Source of the DNA: Lama glama
Lineage: Eukaryota
NCBI GenBank assembly: GCA_028534125.1
Contig: CM052817.1
Location: 106,022,001 to 106,086,000, forward strand
Reading direction: 5' to 3'
Length of the DNA: 64,000 nt
The translations under genes and the position numbers were made by a program. Positions 52,867-64,000 of the stretch are shown here, piece after piece. Every line of letters starts with the position of its first letter. Within the stretch, counting starts at the first letter, position 1. Below the pieces are notes generated by a model that was not told where the DNA came from, made no database searches, and saw only the letters and a program-made list of their open reading frames with translations.

Positions 52867-55283
52867 CGTGTATTCACACACACATATATATTACATTTTA
52901 AAATAATTAGTGGTAAGTAGAGTTCTGGAGAAAACTCATATACAAAGAAAATAGCAAGGAAGTAGATATATGTCAGCAAAACTGTATGCAAAGGTTAGAA
53001 TTAATTTTCTGAGAAAATGGTTAAGGTACTCAGAATGAGAATAAGGTTTGTAAAATGTTAGTAAGAGCAGGTTGGTATATCTGGAATATGAATATGTAGA
53101 AAGCATTTTCAATTTTTCTTATGAGTATGACTGGTGAAATTTGTTAGGGTTACTGAACTAGATGGGTTATAGTAGCAATCATCTAAAGTGCCACATCCAT
53201 CATACAAGAAATCCTTCAATAGAAATGGTGTTGCCCACTAATGGAGTTGATAGACAAGTAGACAAAACAATCAGATGGATCTGTTGGCATACAGTTAGTG
53301 GGTTTAAGAGATGCTAAAATTTCTTGCAAAGGAACAGATAGTCATGTACAACAAGGAATTTACTTCCAATATAACCTTCAAATGACCTACTTGATAATCA
53401 TGAATTTGAAAATTAGCCGTGACTAAAACCTAAATCTATTATATATAGATATACAGGGAAATACCTGGTTTTAATATGTCCTGTGATTTTCATAAATACA
53501 TCTACCATTAAATTTGAGGGGAGAATTATTTTATTTCTCTAAAAAATTTACCAAGAATTACCTCCTATTTTGCAAAAATAACATTATCTATGGAAAAGTC
53601 ACCTCTGGTGTTTGAATACCCAGCACAGCACAATTGTATTTCATATATATTTGTAGCTGCAGCATTCACACTGTGTGTCCGTTATTTATTTCATGTTTAC
53701 GTTTTGTTACAAAGTGACAGTTTGAGTAGCTTGAGTAAAAGAGGCAAAAATCTACATTTAAGGCCTTGGAATTTAGTTTTAATCTTCACATGAAATTGAA
53801 GGTTCTAATGCATTACTCTGCTAACATATATTCTTCACTATTACAATGAATCCATGAAGATTAGATGGACATTTTATACATAAAAATGCTATTACAATAT
53901 TTTCTCTCTATATATTAATTCTTATATTTATTACAAATATTAAAGCCATGTTATTCTCCCCACTACAATTTAAATAGTCCTTGACTCATGATGGCGTTCT
54001 CACTGCATGGTGTTATTTTTTTGGTGAATAAGATGAATGAGAAGAAAATGCCTTACGCCACATACTATTAGAGAATAATTAATTTTACTTGCTGCATGAT
54101 GCATTATTAGTATGGTGATGGAAGGACATCTAAATGAAATAAGTTATTCTATTCCACTGGACAATGATATGGTTTCAAGAAGAATCAATGGAATAGCAAA
54201 AATGTTGAGAATCAGCTGTGTAATGTGGTGAAGCATATTCTCATTATAAGTAGATGAAACCACACTTCATGATAATGAAGATTGACTACTTGCATCTGTA
54301 ATCTTTCCAAGGGAGGAAAAGTTCTGAAGAAAACGATAATTCTAACAGTTATGAGAATGACTCAGTGGGGTTTTTCAGTTAGTGAAATCCTTACATGTTA
54401 TTTATTGGAAATACATTTAATTTTCTAGTCACTGATTGTGTATGAGTAGAAATACAGCTATGGTGGTCAGCAGCATGGATGCTGGTCAGTATAAAAATAT
54501 GCCAGCGCTTTTGACAATTCATTATGTTATTTATGAGCAGTATTTAGACAGTAAGAGTGATAGAGAAAAATGAAGAAGACAAATCAGATAGAAATTATCA
54601 ATGTCACTAACACATTAAAAGTCATTTCTCAAAGAAATTTTCTCTTAGGATATAAAACACAATTAAAAGAAGTATTCGCATCTTGGCCTACAATTAGAAG
54701 CAACATATCTTTCAAAAAAATGTTTAAACATACCTAATCATTCTGAAAAAAAAATTATAGAATTTTTGATTCATTCATTGAAAAAGTTGTAAATAAAATG
54801 TTGCTAAATTTTATACCATATGTTAGATATACATGTAAAATTAAATGAGTATTGTTTATGCTAAGAAGAAATAAAATTAATCTTATTAAGTGAAGATATT
54901 TATTATAGAATTTATCAGTTATCTTAATTTTTAAATTTTTCTTGTCCTTCAAGTGTTTTTAGTTTTAATCTTTTCAGTTTTTGGAAAAGGAAAAGACTTA
55001 AAGTTACTGATTTAAAAATGTCTTGCTCTGTTTGATACTATTAAATTATGTAATTAGTAGATTAAAAGATTTGTCTGAATTTACATGATCACATTTGGGT
55101 GATGATTCATTTGAGGCAGATGTAAAACTTGCTAGTCAAAACTCCTGGAGAGTTACTTGAGTCACAGCATAGTTTAATCGTTGTACTAATAAAATGTTTT
55201 AGACACATTTAATATGTCAAAACACATTTCTTTTGTGATAAACTACATTTATTTTCATTTCATTTCTGAATATATTATTTTAA

Positions 55284-55881
55284 GTTGGTTTTAGTGCAGT
55301 GTACAATTACAACAAATGTATTCATATGAACAGCAATTCTGGAAGAGAGATTTGAGTCTCATTTTAGAAGACAGATTTCGAACTTCTGTGTGAAGGAGAA
55401 TCAGCTGGACGGAAGATTTACTGGCTCTTTTGAGTGAGGGTTTGAGCTCTGATTTTCTTTTGGATGAAACTCTTCCCTGCTTATTTCTGTTTAAGCAGGA
55501 ATCTTCCTGGATGGATGTGTCCTTGGCTCTTATTGAGGGGGGATTAAGCACTGACTTTCTATTGGATAGGACTCTTCCTGACTTTTTTTTCTGTTGAGCA
55601 AAAACCTCCCCAGCTCTTTTGTAAAACCAATTTTGTTTCTTTCAATTCTAGTCTAAGCCCGTGAGTAATTCTCTTTCTAAATTGCAGCTCCCCAATTCCT
55701 TTCCCGCTGACTATGTGTTCTACCACTATGACACTAATGAGGACCAATATCTCCAAAACAGAATAATTTGACAAAGGATAATTTTGCAGTTCCATGGCCT
55801 CTTTGGGAAACTTGAAGTCTCCCCATACCAGTTCATCTAAGACCTCTCCCATCCCCTGCTCCTTGTTTCTCCTTTTGGAAC
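55284..55881 (-). mobile_element. Divergent L1 ORF1p-like (possibly HAL1-like) sequence with a 34-aa duplication
   Basis: VPKGE/KEQGMGEVLDELVWGDFKFPKEAMELQ and KRITHGLRLELKETKLVLQKSWGGF resemble ORF1p GVPEGEE..EQG.E..FEEI..ENFPNL.KE..IQ and KQVTYKG..IRL....ET.....W..IF; frame open except at an A8 run. Confidence 0.55.
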
Positions 55882-56444
55882 ATATATATATAGTCATTGT
55901 CACTTTTTTCCTCTGTGAGCTACCATAAGATCTTGTATATGTTTCCCTGTGCTATACAGTATAATTTTGTTTGTCTATTCTACATTTTGAAATCCCAGTC
56001 TATCCCTTCCCACTCCCCCACCCCCTTGGCAACCACAAGTTTGTATTCTATGTCTATGAGTCTGTTTCTGTTTTGTATTTGTGTTTTGTTTGTTTGTTTG
56101 TTTGTGTTTTTTTTTATTTTAGATTCCACATATGAGCGATCTCATATGGTATTTTTCTTTCTCTTTCTGGTTTACTTCACTTAGAATGACATTCTCCAGG
56201 AGCATCCATGTTGCTGCAAATGGTGTTATGTTGTCAGTATTTATGGCTGAATAGTATTCCATTGTATAAATATACCACAGCCTCTTTATCCAGTCATCTG
56301 TTGATGGACATTTGGGCTGTTTCCATGTCTTGGCTATTGTAAATAGTGCTGCTATGAACATTGGGGTGCAGGTGTTATTTTGGAGTAGGGTTCCTTCTGG
56401 ATATATGCCCAGGAGCAGGATTCCTGGGTCATATGGTAAGTCTA
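55878..56444 (-). mobile_element. Young L1 fragment (ORF2 C-terminus + 3'UTR missing the last ~100 bp)
   Basis: ORF 56119-56481(-) contains DLPYDPGILLLGIYP...CTPMFIAALFTIAKTWKQPKCPSTDDWIKRLWYIYTMEYYSA; 3'UTR matches the 51887 copy up to gtgacaatgac(ta)ntgttc. Confidence 0.95.
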
Positions 56445-57849
56445 GGAATATTTGTATTTTAAAAGAGCAGGTAACATTCATGGATCCTTGTCAATGCTCA
56501 GTTTTTCACAATATAACAAAATAGAGTTGCTACTTTGAAAATTATACGTTTTCTGTAAAGTCATAGAATATTCCTAAGGGTAAAGCAACAATTTGTATAT
56601 CAAATCACCCTGGACAGTTGTCTAGGCAATGAACAAACAAGCTTTAAAATTTACATTTCAAGCCAAAAAGTTAAAATGGTGTTACTCTGTAGCTGTCCAG
56701 CACAGTTAGTGCTGACACAGAATAAAAGACTAACTTTATTTTCCTATAGTCATCCACCTTACCTCCCCCCATGTATCCTGTAGTCTCTGCTGTTTCTATG
56801 AAATCAACTGTATGTATATTACTCAATAAGGGACAAGAATGGCAATTTAGTGTAAAATCAACAGTAACATTTTCCCCTAGGAAAAAAACCTTTGTCACTC
56901 TTCCTGATTAATGTATCTCTATTAGTTTAAAAAAAAATGAAATAAACTGTCATTCTTTAACGTTAGATTTCTCTGGATTTCTTATATATAGCAGCATTTA
57001 TAGTATCACGCATTATTCCAAAAATGCATCTATGAAGTTTAGTTTGAATCTGGAAAAATTAGTTTACATTTTTAATGAGAAGAGTATATATTGTACTGTT
57101 ATGGATAATAATCCATTCAAAGTTATAGAATCAGTAGAAAAAATGCACATTTTGTAAATACAATATTTTTTGACTGAAATTAGGAAATATTATTGATAGT
57201 CTAAGGGAGAAAAATCAAAAACATCCTTGAGTCCTGTCCATGAAATTTCAGTGGTTATAAGAATGTTAATTGAAGAACACCTGAAATAGATTATAAAAGA
57301 TAATTAATTCTCTGTTATACATTTAAATTAAATGTCAGTTAAAATTAAGTTACTATAATTACAATATAATCCTAACTCTATTCAGTATAAGAGTAGTGTT
57401 AACTAGTACTAATAACCATAGCTATTAAGTACTTATGAGATTAAATTAGTATTAAAAGCTATTTTTTGAACTCTCATGTTTATGTTCTCAAATTAACATG
57501 GATGAAATTGACTGCTAATATACATTGTAATATGTTGTATGCTATATTTTATATTACAATATATATTAATATTCTAATTTTTGTGGGGAAAAGAGAAGTT
57601 TAGCAATGTTAACTAAATTTTGTAAGGTCAAGAATTCAAAAAAGCAGTCTGACTCCATTTTTAAATGGTACAATTATAAACTATGAGAGAGCTCGAAAAT
57701 CAAGATTTAACACCTTCACGAGGGAAAAAATGGTATTTGATACAAGCTAGTATGTCTGTTGATTTTTAATTTGTCTACACTCTAGTCCCTTTTTCATTGC
57801 ATTGACTTTTAGAGAATAAACAATATATTTTGCATAAGTTATAAATTAA

Positions 57850-59340
57850 TTTTGCTATCCTGTTTTTTAATTATTTTACTATCAATTATTTTACACACAT
57901 TGTACTGTATAAAATACACGTTTGAAGTGAAGAGAATTGAATTTAACACTCATGCATACAGTACACTAGTGTTTCTACCTCTTTGAAGCCTCGTACATAT
58001 TTTAACATCACTACCCTCTCCTCCTAGACCAAGTGAACACTGCTGAGTTACATAAGTATCATATTCATGATTTTCAGATTACTTTTCTGGACATTAAATA
58101 ATGTCCTTGTAGTTTTCTCTGCTTTTGAAATTTACATATTGGATCCACACTCAGGATACAACATGATTTTCTTTTCCTTTTCTTTTTATTGCTCAGCATT
58201 ATAATTTTGAGAGATACATGTGTGGATGTGTATGGTTACAGATGGCTATAAATACTCCATTTTTGCATCCTTATATATTTCCATGAATTAATGTAATAAT
58301 TTAACTATCCAATCTTCTTTAATGAACTTCCAGATTTTCCTCCGTTTCTTGCAAACTGTACTTCTATGAACACTGAACACTTGTGAAGCACACACATGAG
58401 AAATTTTACTGTATAAAATACTTAAAGGAACTGCTGTGTCACTAGAAAACTTGGCATTTTAAAATTTCATAAATATTATATTTTTCCAATGTAGTTGTAC
58501 CAATTAACACTCCCATGAGGAGCATACCTAATTTTCCAAGTCTTTACCAAAGAAACTCATCAGACTTCTAAGTTTTCCTAATCTGATATGTATAAACTGA
58601 TGAGCATTTGTTATAGTAATTTTCTGTTCTTTAATTATTAATATTAGGGTGTATCTTCATCTCCTTTTGGTGAAATGATCACTTTTTATTTAAGATTTTA
58701 AAAAATGATATGTACTATGTAATGTTGGCCTCTTACATAGTTTAAATACACTCTCCAAATTTATGGCTTGTTTTTCCATTTTCTGTATTGTGTCTTTTTT
58801 TTTGGCATTCTTTTTTACTGAAGTACAGTCAGTTTACAATGTTGCATCAATTTCTGGTGCACAGCAGCATGTTTCAGTTATACATACACATACGTATTTT
58901 CATTTTCGTATTCTTTTTCATTATAGGTAATACAAGATAGTGAATATAGTTCCCTGTGCTGTACAGTAGAAACAGGTTTTGTGAGAATCCTCCTGTATTT
59001 CAAAGTAAAAGACACTCTGCCAGAGTTCAGCAGGTGTTCTTTGTGATTCAGTGGGTTTGTAGATGTAATTCTTGGTGTATTTGTGGGAGACGGTGAGCTG
59101 TGAGTCTCTCTATTCCACCATCTTGGCACCTCCCCCTGTATTATTTCTATTTTGAGCAGAATTTATCATTTTAATTTAATGAAGTCATTAATTTGACTAT
59201 TTTAAGGTTAATAAAATTTTTCTGCATTATCTACATATGGTAAAAGTTTTAAAATTTAATTTCAAACTTAAACCCTTAATTCATCTCTTATTGATATTAT
59301 AGGGATTAAAATTTCTGAAATTTCATCCTTCCCCTTATGA
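57850..59340 (-). mobile_element. Old L1ME-type fragment hosting the mini-L1
   Basis: ttgctcagcattataattttgagagatac...ttttccaatgtagttgtaccaattaacactcccatgag...; the host reads through across 58797-59135. Confidence 0.7.
58797..59135 (-). mobile_element. Mini-L1: L1 extreme 5' end (~163 nt) fused to the L1 3' tip (~176 nt), TSD-flanked
   Basis: rc starts ggggaggtgcCAAGATGGtggaatag (L1 start with YY1 motif) and joins tttctactgtacagcacagggaac...gtacttcagtaaaaaaagaatgcc(A)n. Confidence 0.88.
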
Positions 59341-59344
59341 ATAA

Positions 59345-59705
59345 TGTCCTAGTGTGCTTAGATTGCTATTACAAATTGGCATAGACTGTATGGGGCTTAT
59401 AAGCAACAGAAATTTATTTCTCACTGCTCTGGAGGCTGAAAGTCTGAGATCAGGGTACCAGCTTGTAGATTCTGAGAAGGGCCCACTTCCTTGTTGCAGA
59501 CTTTCAACATCTCATTGTCTCTCATGTGGTGGAGAAGGCAAGGGAGTTCTGAGGTCTCTTCTATAAGGGCACTAATTCCATTCACAAGGGCTCCACCCTC
59601 ATGACCTAAGCACCTCCTGAAGGCCCCACCTCCATGTACCACCACTTGTGGGTTTCAACATACGAATTTTAGTGGGTGAGGAAAACAAACATTCACTAAA
59701 TAGCA
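59345..59705 (-). mobile_element. MaLR LTR (MLT1A0-like)
   Basis: gcttataagcaacagaaatttatttctcactgctctggaggctgaaagtctgagatcaggg...gggctccaccctcatgacctaagcacctcctgaaggccccacctcc. Confidence 0.9.
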
Positions 59706-59711
59706 GATACT

Positions 59712-60218
59712 ATGTGGGTGTGTGTGCATAATTTTTGAAAGTTATCCATCATTTTTCCATTTTCTCACTCCTTCCATGCACATTCTTGAATATTCTCCTC
59801 ATATGCTGACCCTGAGATTGGCTTTGTTGAGCCGGTTTGACAAAGAGGATTTAAACAAACAAACAAACAAACAAAACTAGTGTGGCATAAGCAGTGATTT
59901 GAATTACTTGCTCCTTCTGTTCATGCTGCCAACATCTCCTTTGCCATCATGTAGGGAAGCCCAGCATCCTATTGGGGATTGGCAGCATGTGGAACAAAAT
60001 TGAGCTTTCTTGATAGACACCTTAGATCACCCAGTCTCACTAGACATTCTAGACCATCCAAAGCCAGCCAAGCTGCTCAGTGAACACATGGATCAGCCAA
60101 GACAGACAAGAACATAACCACCCCAGGTGATTCATAAAACCAAGGGCTGAATAAATTGATTGTTTAAACCCTTCCTATCTTGGAGAAGTTTGATATGAAG
60201 CAATAGATAATTAATACA
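59712..60218 (+). mobile_element. MaLR LTR (MLT1G/H-like)
   Basis: aataaattgattgtttaaaccc...ttggagaagtttgatatgaagcaatagataattaataca 3' end. Confidence 0.6.
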
Positions 60219-60227
60219 AGATAATTA

Positions 60228-60420
60228 ATATTGAAGTAGAGTCAGTTTACAATGTTGTGTCAGTTTCTGGTGTACAGTATAATGTTTCAGTCATACATAT
60301 ACACACATGTATTCATTTTCATATTTTTTCATTATAGGTTACTACAAGATATTGAATATAGTTCCCTGTGTTATACAAAAGAAACTTGTTGTTTATCTAT
60401 TTTATATAAGTAGTTAGTAA
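60228..60420 (-). mobile_element. Short L1 3' tip (same subfamily as the mini-L1 3' part)
   Basis: ttgaagtagagtcagtttacaatgttgtgtcagtttctggtgtacag...gttccctgtgttatacaaaagaaacttgttgtttatctat. Confidence 0.92.
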
Positions 60421-60902
60421 TGGTTTATTCTTTCTCTATTAATCTGCTGTGTCACATGAGCCACAGAGATCAAGTTCTACATCTACATGAGGTCCCCCCA
60501 CAACAGGTATTTTTATTTTGTTTAAGTGGTCTTTTTTTTTTTTAACCTGTCTCTGAAATATCACTATTATATCTTAATTACCAGATCTTTATAAGAGGTC
60601 TTGGTAGGTAGCACTTCAACTCACCCAGTTTCTTTCTCTTCCTCAAATTTCATAGATATTCTTAGCAGTCAACAGAAGTATAGAACAACTTAAAGGCATT
60701 TCAGGTTTCCAATAGACTTGATTAAATTAATGTAGCTCTATTGATTTACTTAAGAGGAATTGATATCTCTCCAAAATTGAACAATATGGATCCATTAGTT
60801 TGTTTATTCTTCAAATCTTTCCCAAAAAGGTTGACAATAACGTTCACGATTTTGCACACATCCATACATACATACGAAATTACTGCTTTCCTATCCGTAT
60901 CT

Positions 60903-61348
60903 GTGGTGGTCATGAGAATGTCCCTTCAGATCTATGGACCCAGGGAACCTAACTGACTGAGGCCCCAGTGGCTACACTCTGAAATCTAACATCTCATTGC
61001 AGTGAAGTCACACCCCCATGGTCTGCTCCTAGCCAGTGAGTGAGCACATCAGGGATACTAAGGCAGGTCCAGTTCTGGGAGATGTGGGACCATCTGATGC
61101 GTGACTTGAAGACACCTTCACAGCCCTGTTGAACTTTGTCTAGATGCATACTACTCTCTAAGAAGCTTCCACTCTGCTTTTCCTCCTCCCTTTTCTCTTT
61201 TGTTTATTCTGAGTCCAATTTCTATCATAGTCTAATAGCTTCCCCAGTGTCCTTTCCCATTTCTCTTTCATAGATGTTTCCCCTAATAAATTTCTTGCTT
61301 CTATAACCCATCTTGGTATTTGCTTCTCAGAGGACCCCAGATAACACA
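60903..61348 (+). mobile_element. ERVL LTR (LTR16A-like)
   Basis: tgtggtggtcatgagaatgtcccttcagatc...cctaataaatttcttgc...catcttggtatttgcttctcagaggaccccagataacaca. Confidence 0.8.
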
Positions 61349-61639
61349 TATTCTTAATGAAAATAAAATGGGAGTGGCTTGTTCTTATGAATTCCAATTC
61401 ATCATTATTTAGTGATTATTGTTTTTTAATATCTCATTAAAGTAAGCTTTGCTAGCAAATATATATTCTTGGATTTCCTACATGAAGTTGATGGTTTTGT
61501 CACATAGATATATATTTATAAGCTATGAAATGCATGCTTTAGTAAGGATACGGTAAGATGTGTCATTTTGTTTCACAGTGATATCCAATGAAGTCTATTA
61601 TTTTCTTACTAAATTGCAATGATGTTTTTGTTGTAAATA

Positions 61640-63450
61640 AAATGGTTGTATAAAACTGGAGCTATTTCAGGACCCGATTTTGTTCAGTAAATTATTTTAT
61701 ATTATTTTATTAACGTCAGTCTTAATTATTGCTATCACAGAAAACTTCAAAATTGATCATTTAAGTGTTCGAGTGTTGTTATTATACTTGAGAAGTGTCT
61801 TGACTTTCCCAGACATTATGCATCATCATAAATTTTAGGACCAGCTTGTCAAACTGCATCAATGCATACTCACGCATACACACACATCGAGGAGTAGTGT
61901 GCTGTCTATTGACTAATTTGGTAAGATTTGATGACGTTATTTTAACAAGATTTAATATCTTAAGTGTCTTAAATCTTCCAGTAGTTCTCAATTTGGTGGG
62001 GGTCCCTTTATATCCCCTAGTAAATTGGTAGGTTTTAGTGTAGATATTTTTGCTATTCTATGTGAGATTAATTCTTGGGTATTTTATTCTTTTTGAAGCT
62101 CTTTTTTTTTCTTTTTGAAGCTCTTTCAAATGATATTTTTCTACTTTTGATAGTTGTTTTTGGTTATTGAAATACAAATAATTTTTAATAATTTTTTATT
62201 CAATGGCTTGCTATGATCACCATTTACTGATCATTTGTGTTTTTAATGCCTACGATGATTTCATCTCAAATAATGACATTTTATATATTTCCTACATCCT
62301 TACACCAATTATTTCTACTTCTTCATATATTGCACTGGGTAGGGTCCCCAGTACAATGTTGAATAGAAATGGTGAAAGTAAATAAAATATCGATCTGTTC
62401 CTGAATTTAGGGGAGAAGCTTTTAATAGAGCATCATTAGGTATTTTTGTGAGCAGAGTTTTATCTATTTATTTTTTGTTTCTTTGAATACCACTATCCAA
62501 TTTAAAGAATTTTGCTTATATTTCTAGTTTTGAGTAGTTTTAAAATCATAAATATGCATATAAATTTTTTTCTGCTTTTTTATTCTACTGATGATATATT
62601 CTATTAATATGTTGAATAATACTGACTTCTTAGTTCTTAGGTTCTTCATTTAAATAATTTCAAATGTACAAAGTAGTGCAAGAATTAATCTACTGTTAAA
62701 TTTTACCCACATTTGTTTTGTCATTCTCTCTTGAGATAGATAAATAGATGGTTGGATGGATAGATAACTGATAGGCAAATAGACAGATGATTGATAGATA
62801 GATAGAAAGAGTAGATATCAGAGATAAATAGCTACGATTTTCTGTACTTTTTGAAACTAAGTTGCACATATGCCACATTACTCCAGAATATCACTGGGTT
62901 TTATAAACTTTATCACTTTTTCTAAAAATAGCTTTTGCCTCGTTGCTTTTTAAAAGCTAGATTTTTTTATTTCATTGTTAACTCTTAGATAATTTATTTT
63001 AGACATCTCTTCATTTTCAGTGTATGCATTAGAACAAAAAAGTACTGATTATAAACACTGTTAGTTTAAACCCATAACTTTGAATATTACATATATTTTC
63101 TCACAGTTCAATATATTTGTGTTTCCTATTGTTATTTTTTTGTTAGACTTTTGTCTTATTCAAAATAATGAATTTAAATTTCCAAACATTTGGGTCTTTC
63201 AATCATTATTCCATAGGTTTTCAACTTTTGTCTATTTTTCCATTTTCTTATCACTGTAATAATGGACTCATGAGCTACTATGAATATATTTTTCTCTTAT
63301 TTCCATTGTTGCTTGATTTTTTTTGGTATGCCTTGTAATTTAATATAAGATGTTCTATGTTGTCACTGAAAAAATACTGAAGTTCTGAAATGCTACTTAT
63401 TTTCAAATTACTTAACGTATTTTGTGACATGTAGACGGATCACCCTCATT
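61640..63450 (-). mobile_element. Old L1M ORF2 fragments with a nested L1MC-type 3' end (~62640-62900) containing (GATA)n-like repeats
   Basis: attgcactgggtagggtccccagtacaatgttgaatagaaatggtgaaagt...tgttcctgaatttaggggagaagct is classic antisense L1 ORF2. Confidence 0.75.
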
Positions 63451-64000
63451 CCATCTGGGCTTGGTTAGAAGCGTTACACATTTTCCCCTTAAAACTGCAG
63501 AATGAACTTTGTTGTACCCCAAAAAAGATGCAAAATATGTTTATCATGTTTTAATTTCTTGCTCTGACTGATTTCTCACTTGTTTTCCCACTGCATGGAT
63601 GATAACATCTCAAACTAGGTTTATAAAACCTCAGTGATAGTTTCCCCATGGTTTTTTAGACTCTCACTCTGTGTGTGGCTTGACTTTGACCGTCTCTTGC
63701 AGTCAAGTGGCTTCTATTCTCTCCTGCTGCTTTAATAATAAAGCTGGTTGGATATGAAACACAATTCATAACCTTTCTAATGAGTTCAAAAAAGATATAT
63801 ATATTTTTTCCAAGTTTTATTGTTGTTTTTGGTTAGACATTTAGTCAGGTACACTCTAGATCAAGAAATCCTGTAAGATTTTTTTTTATTAAAATGTTAA
63901 AGTGGTTCTAATTGCACATGGAATAATAAATGCAAGTAATTCAAATTTTGTGAGAAAGCTTTAGATAATATAAAATATGTGAGCTATAATCAATTTCATA

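Larger units (their letters stand above)
53975..56560 (+). mobile_element. hAT-Charlie (ZBED5/SCAND3-like) transposase fossil, interrupted at 55282-56445
   Basis: Degenerate translation gives collinear Charlie motifs: PHTIRE*LILLAA (cf. PHTIGEELILPAA), SIPLDNDMVSRRINGIA (cf. IPLSNNTVSRRIDEMA), VDETTLHDNED (cf. LDEST), IHYVIYEQYL (cf. HCxxH), and EY...KRA after the insertion; many stops and frameshifts. Confidence 0.8.

Noticed and set aside
55291..55881. Endogenous viral element or ANKRD36-like repeat-gene pseudogene
   Set aside because: No viral motif recognised. The N-terminal part fits L1 ORF1p better, and the 34-aa period match to ANKRD36 is probably coincidental.
57516..57568. 18-bp-arm AT-rich hairpin
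   Set aside because: Almost entirely A/T low complexity, which is expected by chance here.
1..64000. CRISPR arrays, operons or other prokaryotic systems
   Set aside because: The sequence is mammalian, with no repeat-spacer array and no dense coding structure.

Overview
This is AT-rich, CpG-depleted mammalian DNA that reads as a gene desert or deep intron. I found no credible protein-coding gene, and the listed ORFs are TE-derived or chance. The tRNA-derived SINEs (head GGGGAGGGTATAGCTCAGTGGTAGAG) and the young L1 3' ends suggest a camelid (alpaca/llama/camel). The window is a layered TE record: old L1M/L2/MIR, MaLR/ERVL/ERV1 solo LTRs, Tigger/MADE elements, a hAT-Charlie transposase fossil, six young SINEs and a near-perfect U6 retrocopy. 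The most interesting signals are unusual L1-machinery products. (1) A ~340-bp TSD-flanked mini-L1 joins the extreme 5' end directly to the 3' tip and may be a spliced retrocopy (58.8-59.1 kb). (2) An L1 3'UTR is fused to a divergent, almost open ORF1p-like sequence with a 34-aa duplication, inserted in the Charlie fossil (55.3-56.4 kb). (3) An L1 carries a short 3' transduction (51.9-52.1 kb). (4) An L1 lacks its tail and looks internally primed (20-21.2 kb). There are also candidate ancient regulatory elements: an LF-SINE-like relic and a Sox/Otx/Oct motif cluster. Family names come from remembered consensus sequences, not from database searches. Boundaries of old elements are approximate.
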